DNA from: Macrostomum lignano
Taxonomy: Eukaryota
Direction of reading: 5' to 3'
Assembly (NCBI GenBank): GCA_002269645.1
Contig: NIVC01000987.1
Span: 46,406-110,405 of the forward strand
Length of the DNA: 64,000 nt
Part shown: positions 37,016 to 47,986 of the stretch, piece after piece
Position numbering within the stretch: position 1 is the stretch's first letter
How the letters are laid out: each line of letters begins with the position of its first letter
Program-made: the position numbers and the translations under genes
The notes under the pieces: generated by a model
Database searches by the model: none
Seen by the model: only the letters and a program-made list of their open reading frames with translations
What the model was told of the DNA's origin: nothing

Positions 37016-37699
37016 TTTAAATTCTTAAAATCTCATGATTGAAGTCCCATAATTCCTTTTTCAAATCCATAGATAAGTCCCCATTTCGCTGTGTCTACAG
37101 CTTTTTCTTGATCCTAGATCAATAGCATTTCAATAATAATATTTATTTGATCTAATAATTAGAAAATTATAAACGAATGTATTGTAATTACTATCACTAA
37201 TTCATTATTGTCAATTATTAATCCCAATAAGCAATGCTCAATCAAAGAACAGATCAAATTCTTGTTTTAACTGCTAAATTATTAGTTTGGTGTGTTTCAA
37301 CTCTTGCTGGAAATTATAAAATTGTATTTTTACACACAAATTAGATAATGCACTTTTTAACAACCCAGAATTATTGAAATGCGCTTCACCAGGGAAGCAT
37401 TTAATTTTCTTGTATTGTATCACCCGATCATGCCCAAGTAATTGCCTTGAGTGAAATAACAATACTCTCAACAATTATAACGGTGCCTTCTCTGCACACC
37501 ATCAAAATTGAAACTTTTATTGCCCATTGATCATTGTGTATGAAATATAACATATTGTCAATAAATTAGTCGTTTATAAATATATTGTAGAACCAATGTT
37601 GACGAGCATGATTTTTAATATAATCATTTATTTCATTGTTTACGTTTATTTTTGTTTTATAAATAAGATATCAGTTAGATTTATTATAGTTGGCACAAA

Positions 37700-38378
37700 T
37701 GTGCTGTGCTGTGACCAATCCATCCTTACAGTGTGCTGTGCTGTGACCAATCCATCCTTGCAGTGTGCTGTGCTGTGACCAATCCATCCTTACAGTGTGC
37801 TGTGCTGTGACCAATCCATCCTTACAGTGTGCTGTGCTGTGACCAATCCACCCTTACAGTGTGCTGTGCTGTGACCAATCCATCATTAGTGTGCTGTGCT
37901 GTGCTGTGACCAATCCATCCTTGCAGTGTGCTGTGCTGTGACCAATCCATCCTTACAGTGTGCTGTGCTGTGACCAATCCATCCTTACAGTGTGCTGTGC
38001 TGTGACCAATCCATCCTTGCAGTGTGCTGTGCTGTGACCAATCCATCCTTACAGTGTGCTGTGCTGTGACCAATCCATCCTTACAGTGTGCTGTGCTGTG
38101 ACCAATCCATCCTTACAGTGTGCTGTGCTGTGACCAATCCATCATTAGTGTGCTGTGCTGTGCTGTGACCAATCCATCCTTGCAGTGTGCTGTGCTGTGA
38201 CCAATCCATCCTTACAGTGTGCTGTGCTGTGACCAATCCATCCTTACAGTGTGCTGTGCTGTGACCAATCCATCATTAGTGTGCTGTGCTGTGCTGTGAC
38301 CAATCCATCCTTGCAGTGTGCTGTGCTGTGACAAATCCATCCTTGCAGTGTGCTGTGCTGTGACCAATCCATCCTTAC
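37700..38378. repeat. 33-bp minisatellite with TGTGCTGTGCTGTGACCAATCCATCC core
   Basis: Direct inspection. Confidence 0.95.
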
Positions 38379-38919
38379 TCCATCCTTATTTTTCACTAGG
38401 CATGGCGAGACATTGTCCCAAGACATTGCCCCGGGATTCCTTTCTTTAATTATAATATATATACACAGCAGTGGCGTGGAATGACGCGAATTCGCAAATT
38501 GAGACCCACAAAAGGCGAAAACAAGCAAACCTTTGATTCATTGAATTCAACTGACATGCTGTTTTTGCTTGCAGTGTTCCATTTGTTAGTTCTATTTGAA
38601 GTCCGACTAACATGTGGTCCGTTGTAAGTAGACTATGAGGGGCCGAAAGTGTTTAACTTACAACCGGCCATTTTTTCGTCTACAGTGTGGTACAGACTAA
38701 GAGGCGAAATCTTTTTGGGACGCAAAACTGTCGGCACATGGTCGCCACGGGCACTTTATGTACATTAATATAATTTATTATACAGTATTACTGCAGTGTG
38801 CAATCGCGAAATTATACCTTTTGTTATTTCATTTTTTGACAAGCGATAAATACGCTTACAATACTTGCTATTATGCTCCCTTTACATACTTTTTATACGT
38901 CTTCTCATATTTCGAGGAA

Positions 38920-39552
38920 ATAAATGGTGTCTCGGGTAATCTCTCGGCATGTCTCGAGGAAATAAATGGTGTCTCGGGTAATGTCTCGGCATGTCTCGTG
39001 GAAATAAATGATGTGTCGGATAATGTCTCGGCATGTCTCGTGGAAATAAATGATGTGTCGGGTAATGTCTCGGCATGTTTCGTGGAAATGATGTGTCGGG
39101 TAAATGTCTCGGCATGTCTCGTGGAAATAAATGATGTCTCGGGTAATGTCTCGGCATGTCTCGTGAAAAATGATGTCTCGGGTAATGTCTCGGCATGACT
39201 CGTGGAAATAAATGGTGTCTCGGGTAATGTCTCGGCATGTCTCGTGAAAATGATGTGTCGGGTAATTTCTCGGCATGTTTCGTGGAAATGATGTGTCGGG
39301 TAAATGTCTCGGCATGTCTCGTGGAAATAAATGATGTCTCGGGTAATGTCTCGGCATGTCTCGTGAAAATAAATGATGTCTCGGGTAATGTCTCGGCATG
39401 TCTCGTGGAAATAAATGATGTGTCGGGTAATGTCTCGGCATGTCTCGTGGAAATAAATGATGTCTCGGGTAATGTCTCGGCATGTCTCGTGGAAATAAAT
39501 GATGTGTCGGGTAATGTCTCGGCATGTCTCGTGGAAATAAATGATGTCTCGG
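38920..39552. repeat. 42-bp minisatellite (GGTAATGTCTCGGCATGTCTCGTGGAAATAAATGATGTCTCG)
   Basis: Direct inspection. Confidence 0.95.
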
Positions 39553-40453
39553 GGCAATACATGTGCAGCAAATTTGCGCCCCCGATGTCTACTGGGTAAT
39601 ATCTAGGCCGGACGCTACCATCTGCTGGGCATCCACCGTCTCTCCCTGAGGCAATGCAGTCACTTGTTGGTTGTGAACATGACCATCAGCAGGGACTTCC
39701 GCGCTTCGTCATGGAATTTGGGCTTAGGCGCACCACCTGCTTCCGGGGCTCTCCACTTTCAAGCTAAGTCTTGTCAGTCTTGGTTCCATGAGCATCCCAG
39801 GAACCCATGTCTCGTCTTGCACAGCGTACAAATTGTAACTTTCCTCCTTTATCCCTAGCAGAACCCGTCGCAATTGTGTAGCATAGTTGACTCGCATCTG
39901 TCTCTGCTCATCCGTGAGGTTGTGGGGTTACCCACACTGAACACAACACGCCCACCTCAGCTGCAGGTCCTCTCGGAGGATGCGAATTATTGGGACTTCT
40001 TGAGCTTTGGGTACGTAAAAATACTTCTGATTTTTAGATTTTTCTGAAACTTTCGCCAGACTTTCAGTGGGTGTCCAAAATGATAATAAAGCAAAAAGCT
40101 GCACAAAATTAGAATCGGGTTTTAGCAGAGTTATAGCTTAAACAACAAGACTTTTGTTCAACCCGGACCCGTAGTAAAAGATTTTCGTCTTGAAAAAACG
40201 GGTGGCATACACAAATGGCCAGTTAAGTGAACGCGTACAAATGTAAATTAGTAAGTTTTAAATTTAACAAGTAGCTATACATGTAGGTAAAAATATGATT
40301 ATGCCTGAAAACCTGCTTTGTTCTTGTAGTGAGCCACTGGATTAATGGTGGTGTCTCACTTTAGTTAGCAGTTTCTCTCGCCCTCGCTCCTTGTTTCTCT
40401 CTCTGTGCAGCGGTCACTACTGGCTTCACTGGTGGGCCGCTTTCCATTCATCG

Positions 40454-40612
40454 CTTTCCATTTCCAGCCAATCACATGACAAGCTCTGTTTCCGCAGCAG
40501 TCCGAAGTACAGGGAAACCTCCGCGTCAATTGCTAAAAATGGCAGCAACGTTACGCGATCTGGCGCAACGGGGTCTTGCGTGCGATGGTGCAATAGATCC
40601 CTGCCTATAAAT
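40454..40612 (+). promoter_or_regulatory. Putative promoter of the 41130 NHL gene
   Basis: CCAAT at 40468 and TATAAAT at 40606-40612, about 520 bp upstream of the ATG with an intervening 5'UTR intron; TTTCCATTTCC at 40455 and GGGAAACCTCC at 40512. Motif match only. Confidence 0.35.
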
Positions 40613-41129
40613 GCGAACCCTTTCACCCTTGGTTCTGTCGAAGAGTCTCGAGTCGCTAGTTTCTAAGTTCTTCAATTCTGTCCATTCTAATTTCTCCTCG
40701 TGTGCATTTATCCCCCTTGCTATTGGCTTGCCTGTCCAAACCTAGACCCTGACCTCTGAGGCTGCTCGGAGGCTGGCATCGCCCTCCCAGCCGACCCACT
40801 GAGCCCAGCAGGATCTGCTGACTATTAGTCTGAAATCGCAAATCCGCGTGAAGTGCTGTGTTCGCTTGTCTTGGTTAGTTCGTTCCGACCGGATCCTCAA
40901 CTCACCGACGGCTGAGACCCTAAGGGACCGGTGGCAGCACTACCTACGCTACTAGAAGGCTTCCAATCAGAAAAGACGGAGAGCCACTCACACCGTGCAA
41001 GCGCAGCTGAGAAGCACAGGCATAACATTCTTATCTTCCAATATGCTAAAAATCATCTCTCCCTTCTGCCTCTCACTGCATTAGTTTTTAACTTCATCTG
41101 CATTTCAGCTCTTCACAAACAATCCAACA

Positions 41130-42785
41130 ATGAGCCTTGAAGACTTCAGCGACAGCTCGAGTTCGGACGCGCCTCCCGCTTCCCCAACTCCACTCTGCAT
41201 CATCTGCGACCAAGCTGCAGTCGGTGTGGCTCCGTTCTCCCGCTGCCACATGTGCAGTCAACACCTCAGTGTCGATGTGGCCAATCTATTCAAGCTCAAG
41301 GAAGAGGTCGAAGAGCTGCTGCTTGCCTACTCACAAGAGTCACAAGACTCACAAGAGTCACAAGGCGCAGCAGGTGCAGCTGGCCGTGCAGCGCTGCTGC
41401 GACACCGACAAGACGCTGAGTCGCTGCGTAGTCTCGCTCTCGACATCCAACAGCAGCTGCAAGAGGTCAATCACAAATTCGATTTGGTACAGCAACACAT
41501 CGATTCGTTCCGTAGCAGGGTGACGGGCCAGCTCTCAGGTGTGCTTGAGGCAGTGCGTGTGTGCGAGCGGGACCTCGAGGACATCTCCAGCTACAAGCAG
41601 GAGGTGGCCACGGCGGAGGCTGCAGGCGACATGGCGGAGCTGCTTCGCCTGGTCCAGTCCATGCACGAATCGCTTGGAGACTTGGAGGCCGACTTTGAGA
41701 GGTCAGAGCGGCTGCTCAGAGACCAGAGCGACAATGAGGAGCTGCAGCTGCGGCTTCTGGGCCAGCTCGAGCGGTTGGTCGGCATTTGTGCGGGACGCAG
41801 TGAAGAGGGCGACTGGTCGAGAGACACTGCAGTGACCGCGACATCCGAGGATATAGACGCTGCTGAGAAAGAGAGACTGCTGTTCGATCCGATGGTCTTC
41901 AGTCACGAGGTGAAGCTGGATGGCAATGTTAAATGGCTGGCTGTGTGCAGCGACACCAGCGGATTCGTTGGTGACCGCTCAGGCCGTGTGGTTCGCGCCG
42001 ACTCAGCGAGAGGCGGCAGCGAGGCTCTGCCTCAGCCCTGCATCCTGGCATCATTCTCGATTTTTGATAGGAAGGACCACCTACTGGTGTTGTCTGTGGA
42101 CGGCTCACAGAAGCTTCGGTGCCACTGCGATATCGACTGGAAGAATATAATCTGGGGCCTTCACTGCGACCGTCAGCTGCTGTTCATTGCTCAGCCTGAC
42201 GCAGTGACAGTGACGGACCTGAGCGGTCGCGCGGTGCGTCGAGTCCGCCCACAGATTGAGGGCTTCGGTGACATCTGTGGAATCGGCGGCAACACAGCCT
42301 CCTTGTTTGTGTCCAGTGGAAACAAAATTGCTGCATTCAGCAAAGCGACTTGGCAGATGGAGACGGTCATCACGCTGTCTCAGCTTCCTGATGCTGATCT
42401 GCGCAACTTGGCGACTCACGAAAACTGCATTCTGATGAGGGACTGGATTCACAAGCAGGTGCACAGAGTGAGCATCGACACCCAGCAGCTGGTCGCCTCC
42501 TTCCCGAATCAGCGTTCCGGCCTCCACCAGTTTGCTGGTCCAAGCGATGTGGCCGTCGGCAGAAGAGGCCGCCTGTTCGTGAGTGAGTTTTCGGGTCACT
42601 CAGTGCGTGCTGTGGCTGCAGACGATGGGTCGCTGCTGTGGACTCTGGGGACTCCGGGCAAGAGCGGCAGCGGAGACGGCAGATTCAGCAGGCCGTTGAG
42701 TCTGGCGGTGGTGACGGGAGGTCCGCGCGACCAGCTGCTGGTGGCTGACTGTGACAACAGGAGACTGCAGGTGTTCAGCGCTTAG
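41130..42785 (+). CDS. Zinc-finger (B-box-like)/coiled-coil/NHL-repeat protein, TRIM-like, 551 aa; single coding exon
   Basis: CIIC...CHMCSQH motif, long heptad region, NHL repeats (FAGPSDVAVGRRGRLFVSE; FSRPLSLAV...LLVADCDNRRLQVF). An acceptor TTTCAG just upstream suggests a 5'UTR intron. Confidence 0.85.
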   Translation: MSLEDFSDSSSSDAPPASPTPLCIICDQAAVGVAPFSRCHMCSQHLSVDVANLFKLKEEVEELLLAYSQESQDSQESQGAAGAAGRAALLRHRQDAESLRSLALDIQQQLQEVNHKFDLVQQHIDSFRSRVTGQLSGVLEAVRVCERDLEDISSYKQEVATAEAAGDMAELLRLVQSMHESLGDLEADFERSERLLRDQSDNEELQLRLLGQLERLVGICAGRSEEGDWSRDTAVTATSEDIDAAEKERLLFDPMVFSHEVKLDGNVKWLAVCSDTSGFVGDRSGRVVRADSARGGSEALPQPCILASFSIFDRKDHLLVLSVDGSQKLRCHCDIDWKNIIWGLHCDRQLLFIAQPDAVTVTDLSGRAVRRVRPQIEGFGDICGIGGNTASLFVSSGNKIAAFSKATWQMETVITLSQLPDADLRNLATHENCILMRDWIHKQVHRVSIDTQQLVASFPNQRSGLHQFAGPSDVAVGRRGRLFVSEFSGHSVRAVAADDGSLLWTLGTPGKSGSGDGRFSRPLSLAVVTGGPRDQLLVADCDNRRLQVFSA

Positions 42786-42957
42786 AGAAGGACTTAAAAA
42801 CCCTTGAAAATGTAGTCGAGTAAATTAAAATGTATTCCTTTTATATTTTGACTATGGCTTAATAACCCTAAGACTCCTAATGCGTATATGTTATCTACTC
42901 AAAGCAGTGGCTACAAATATGAAAATCTGCATGCAATATAATTTTTACTTGTTTAAG

Positions 42958-43236
42958 TATACTCAGCAGCATTGAAAAGTCGCCACTCTATGCGCCAGTG
43001 AGCAATTTCTCATTGACTATTCTGAAATAAAAGATACGCGAAAACTGATGGTGTGGCTTTAATCCGTCCAACCCTTGCACACCGCTCCCCTACTTCGTTC
43101 CTCAACTCAAGTCTGCCGCGGCGTAGCCGAGTTGCGCGTCACTCGTAAAGATTGAGAGACTTTGCCTGCACTCTGAAAAGTGGCTACCACAGACGGAATC
43201 TTCTGTGATGGCGACTTTTCGATGTTGCTGAGTATA
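42958..43236. mobile_element. MITE-like element, 279 bp
   Basis: 28-bp TIRs TATACTCAGCAGCATTGAAAAGTCGCCA / TGGCGACTTTTCGATGTTGCTGAGTATA (2 mismatches), TA at both ends, non-coding interior. Confidence 0.75.
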
Positions 43237-45272
43237 TATAAGATCATGACTCAATTGTACAAATTTCACAAAAAGTACTCCTAAAACTAAGAATTGTAAA
43301 CAGCTTTTGGCGATTAGTTTGTTTTTTAATTTTTTTCCTCGGATACGCGAATAATAGAAAAATTGCGCAGTAAACTGCCATGGCTCATGCTAGTGCCATT
43401 TAACTTTAGCTAGAGAGCTTCATGACTTCTCTGACTCACCTCCCCCATCCTAGAGTTCAGGTGACTGGTCGCTCTCACGTTAGCTCTTAGGTCTTAGCTA
43501 GTAAACCTGCGACTTTAACTGGTAATCATTTGTACATGTAATATTCTGAAATAAGAAATGTATACAGACAAAACATTATTACGTAAGGCCATCAATGCTT
43601 AAGGGTGCAAAGCAGCTACAGGTGACACTGCTTTAAGGTAAATTATTCCTGTGTACAATGTATGTGTCCTCTGTGTTCTCACAAAGAATCCTCTGTGTTA
43701 CGTTGAGACTTGCGGGATCCAGAGGCGGCGTGTGTGGTTGTGGCTGACTGATGAAGGTCTGTCTGTACGAGATCTGACCAATTTTAGTGGTCATATTCTA
43801 CATGTATGTACTAGCTTACCTGTCAGTAGCATAATAAACCTGATCTTATTGATGCTTAATTATAGGCTAATTTGTATGAAAAGCATGATTATACGAGTAA
43901 TTGAGGTTTCCTGGAAACTAGGATGATGTCCACGTGTACAAAGTATTAATTCAATTTTAAATTACATGTACATCTAGGTAGGAAGCGATGCATGTACACT
44001 TTCGAGCTACGTGTGATTCGATAGAAGTTGCATCATGACCATATGGCCAGTTGCATTAAGTATGCATAATTTGAACATCGCATATGGATGAATGAGTTTT
44101 ACCATGACAGACAAATTGGGTGAAGAAAATTCCGATTGGACGCCATGCTTTGTGCCAGCCTGCTGGAGGGGCCGCGGCTTCCCGTTGCCTCCTCACCCAC
44201 AACCCACAATAATTTTTCGAGCAGAAAAGTGGAAATATTAATTTCTGAAAGCAGCTCGTGGTCTTCGTATATGGCTTTCTATGAAAAACTGTCATTTTAC
44301 ACTAGTTGTGCAGTGAAAGATTCATTTTCGTATTTTTTTGAGCCAAAAGTTGTAACTACTCACAATTGTGACATTGGCTGAAATTTTGTTTTGTTCCTTA
44401 ATCAAGTATTATTTGTAATAAAAATGTAGGCTGGGGCCTAGCTTAAAAATTGATAGATTTCAATTTAGACCCACAAAGACATGCGGGCCGCAAAGCCTCT
44501 CTATCCGGCCCTCCGTCCTTTGAAACTTCACAATAGCAATCCGGCCCGCTCAAGGTTTGAGTCTCTTCTCAGCTATTTCCCTAATCTCCTCTCCCTTTTT
44601 ATATATCCCCTCTCTCCTCTCTCCTGCCTTCTCATCTCCGGTCTTCTCTCTCTCTCCTACACTCTCCCCTCTCACCTCTCTGCCCTCCTCTCCACTCCTC
44701 TCTTCCCTCTCTCTTCTCTCTCCTCTATCTGGCCCTTCAGTTAAAATAGTTCGCCGACTTCTGATTTAGACAATATGAAAAATGATATTCGTAAACATTG
44801 TCTACATTCAATTATTCAGACTGGTCTAGGAACTACATGTATACCTATAATAGTGGCGTAAATTTTTATTACTTGAAACAAAAAGTTAATGTATTCGTAA
44901 TGCCATATAAAATTTCATAGAACAGATATAACACGCTGCGGATGCTAAATTAAAAAATGGTAACCATTCATTTTGTGATGAAGAAAATGATTTTTCTCTA
45001 AAAATTGCCAAGACCTTGGATATACAACAGTGGTCCTTAACTGAAGGAAGGCGGTTAAAAGAGAAATGACATCAGATTTATTTGACATCGGTTCTAACAA
45101 AGAAACCAATACGTGAGAAAAAATGATAAATTATCAAAAGTCGTTATGCATTTGAATCAAGTAAGCTGCAGTGCACACTGAGGGGGCGATTTGGAGAAAA
45201 CCGCAGAAGCAAGCGACTGATAAAAATGAATGAGCAGTTAGAGGGTCAAAGCCTGAGTTTGATGAACAGTAG

Positions 45273-45705
45273 AACTACCAAGGGGGGGATTAACCCCCCC
45301 CCCCCCCCCCGACAATTTTTTTGCTGCGCCGGTGTCCGGCATGTCCGGCAGTTGAGGTTTGCTCATTTTTGAAGCTTGATGAGAAAAATCTGATAAGTTG
45401 CAATAGTGTGTCCATAGTCGCCTGGTGTCATCTGTTCAAGGCCGTGTCCATACTTGGTGCCACCTGTTAAAGGCCCAGAAGCTCCGTCTGGGTAAAGGCC
45501 AGTAACCAAGGAAGTCAGAGCTGATGCAGACACATGTGATCGATGTGCTGATGAAATTTGAAGGCTTGGCAAGGCTGCACTGAGGCGCAGTGCTGATTGG
45601 AGCACAGGGGTGTACTGAATACACTGGCGCTTATGGGAAAGAATCGACCTTCTGGCAGAATCGCAGAATCGGTCAGTATCTCGACGGTCCCCCCTCTTGG
45701 TAGTT
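45273..45705. mobile_element. MITE-like insertion, about 433 bp
   Basis: 17-18-bp inverted termini AACTACCAAGGGGGGGA / TCCCCCCTCTTGGTAGTT. Absent from the homologous paralogous flank near 47640. GAACAG is repeated at 45264 and 45735. Confidence 0.6.
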
Positions 45706-46104
45706 AAAACGGGAGAAAACCGGCTTACTGTTAAGAACAGGGTGATTTGGAACTTTCCAGGAAAAGTTGCACAGACACAAAATGGGATTTTACTGAAACA
45801 TGAGACATCTAGAAAAAAACCAATAGGAGAGGTGTTGAGGAAAATACAAGTTAAATTTCATTCAATAAATATCAATTCTGAATTTGCTGGACATAATAAA
45901 ATATTATCAAACAAAAAGAATTAAGTTTTATACAATTTTTGAAAATGTGATGAACTTCTTTGTTTTGATAATATTTTTATTATGCCCATTGCATGTATAT
46001 TCAGAATTGATATTTATTGAGTTTTTCCGAAAACCCGTCTTCCAATAAATCAATCACTCAAGAAACCCCACATTTCGATAAATATTCGGCCTGTGAAAAA
46101 TTTT

Positions 46105-46222
46105 TAGGATGCACTGAATACCTGCAGTCTCATACTGCCACCGTCAGCCACCACCAGCTGCTCGCGCGGACCTCCCGTCACCACCGCCAGACACCATGGA
46201 CTACTGAATCTGCCGTCTCCTT
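46105..46222 (-). pseudogene. 3'-terminal fragment of a fourth NHL paralog
   Basis: Minus strand reads GDGRFSSPWCLAVVTGGPREQLVVADGGSMRLQVFSAS*. About 1 kb of downstream flank (45040-46100) is homologous to the flank 47400-47986 of the 47987-49651 copy. Confidence 0.85.
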
Positions 46223-46299
46223 CTGAGAATGAACCATTCTGTCCTTTTCTTGACTGCCAAGATCTCCGTAATCTTCCCCCTTTTCTTTGATTAAAACCC

Positions 46300-46555
46300 A
46301 GTCACTCCGAACCCCTTTCACTGTGAAACCCAGTCACTCTGAAACCCATTCACTGTGAAACCCAGACACTATGAACCACTTTCACTGTGAAACCCAGATA
46401 CTATGAACCACTTTCACTGTGAAACCCAGACAATATGAACCCCTTTCACTGTGAAACCAAGACACTATGAACCCCTTTCACTGTGAAACCCAGTCACTAC
46501 GAACCCCTTTCACTGCGAAACCCAGTCACTATAGAACCCCTTTCACTGTGAACCC
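46300..46555. repeat. 32-bp minisatellite with CACTGTGAAACCCAG core
   Basis: Direct inspection. Confidence 0.88.
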
Positions 46556-47986
46556 AGTTGCTGTCGCGTGTCACGTGTTACCAAAAAAGGATGAGTATTA
46601 AATCTACATGAAAATTGACTTTTTGCATGTACACTCAATTGTGCTATCAATTTCAACTGTCCAAAGCACTTATATTTGAACAATTATTTCCCAGCTAAAA
46701 GTACCAGTTCCCATGCATAGAAAACACACAGCAGTGACCCATTGAGGAAAATGCAACACAGAAGCGAGCGCTGAGTCTGCAGCTGTGAGTGAAATATTTC
46801 AATATCTTGGCGTCAGGGACTCTCACTGCAGTGGCTGTCTGTGATTTCTATTCCGAGTGTCAGAGCCAAAATAGCTGAGGCGGCAACTCAACTGACTTTT
46901 CCTGATGATGCAGTCACACGGGTGACTCGCAGTCTGATGTATTTGATGCTGTCACCGCAGTGATGCCGGCTCTTACAACAGAGAGTGCAGTGCAAGGGCA
47001 GCCACTCCAAGTCAGGAGTTTCCGAATATTTTTGCTCGCTCTGAGGTTCTGCTGTCAGGGCGACCCAGCAGTTCGATCCGGTGTGTGTGGAGGAGAGGGA
47101 GTGCTTTGCTAGGATCAGCTGGGTTAATCTGCTCACTCTGAGTAGTTCGGCTGTCTTCTGAGGCTGCCAGCTCAGGTCGGAGAAAGTTTAGCGCACGTGC
47201 GAGGGAGGGAGGGCGGAGATTCCCGATTGGTTTAAGCTGCGGTTTTACAGCATTTTTCAGTCTTTCGCATTGGGAGATTTACATTGCACCTTGCTGCTTC
47301 CTATTGGGTGAGACTGGGATCGCATCTTCAGCTTCTGCTTTTTTGAGCAGTTTCATTGGCTGGCAATGCACTCACAGCTGGATAACATTATGAATTCAGG
47401 TGAGGCAGTTAGAAGAGAAATGACATCAGATTTGACATCAGTTCTGACACAGAAAAGATGACGCGCAGAGGCTGCATTAATATCAAAGAAAAATTGATAC
47501 AACATCAAAATTGCTTTGCATAATTGTATCAATTAAGTCTGAGTGCAAGCTAAGGGGGTGGTTTGAAGAAAACCGCAAAAGCGAGCGACTGATAAAAATA
47601 AATGAGCAGTTTGAGTGTCAAAAGCTGGAGTTTGACTGAGCACAGGGTGATTGGGAATTTCCAAAAATGATTCACAGGCACAAAATTGGGTTTTTGGGTC
47701 TTTGCTGAAATTCAATTCAACAGTCAAGTCCCATTTTCTGGTGCTGAAACTTCTAGAAAAAGAAAAACTATGAGAGAACTGTTGAGGGCCAACGTAAGTT
47801 TAATTTAATTACTGAATGCAATAAATATCTATTCTGAAGTTAGTGGACATAATAAACAATTATCAGACAAAGGTCATCGCATGTAAAAATCCTATAATAA
47901 GAAAAACTCGACCAAAACCCGGTTTCCATAAATCAGTCACTTATAGAAACCCCACAGTTCGAGTATTATTCGCCCAGTGAATAAAA

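Noticed and set aside
38465-38755. Possible hAT-like MITE (CAGTGGCGTGG...CCACGGGCACT)
   Set aside because: Terminal match is only about 9-10 bp with mismatches, and there is no TSD.
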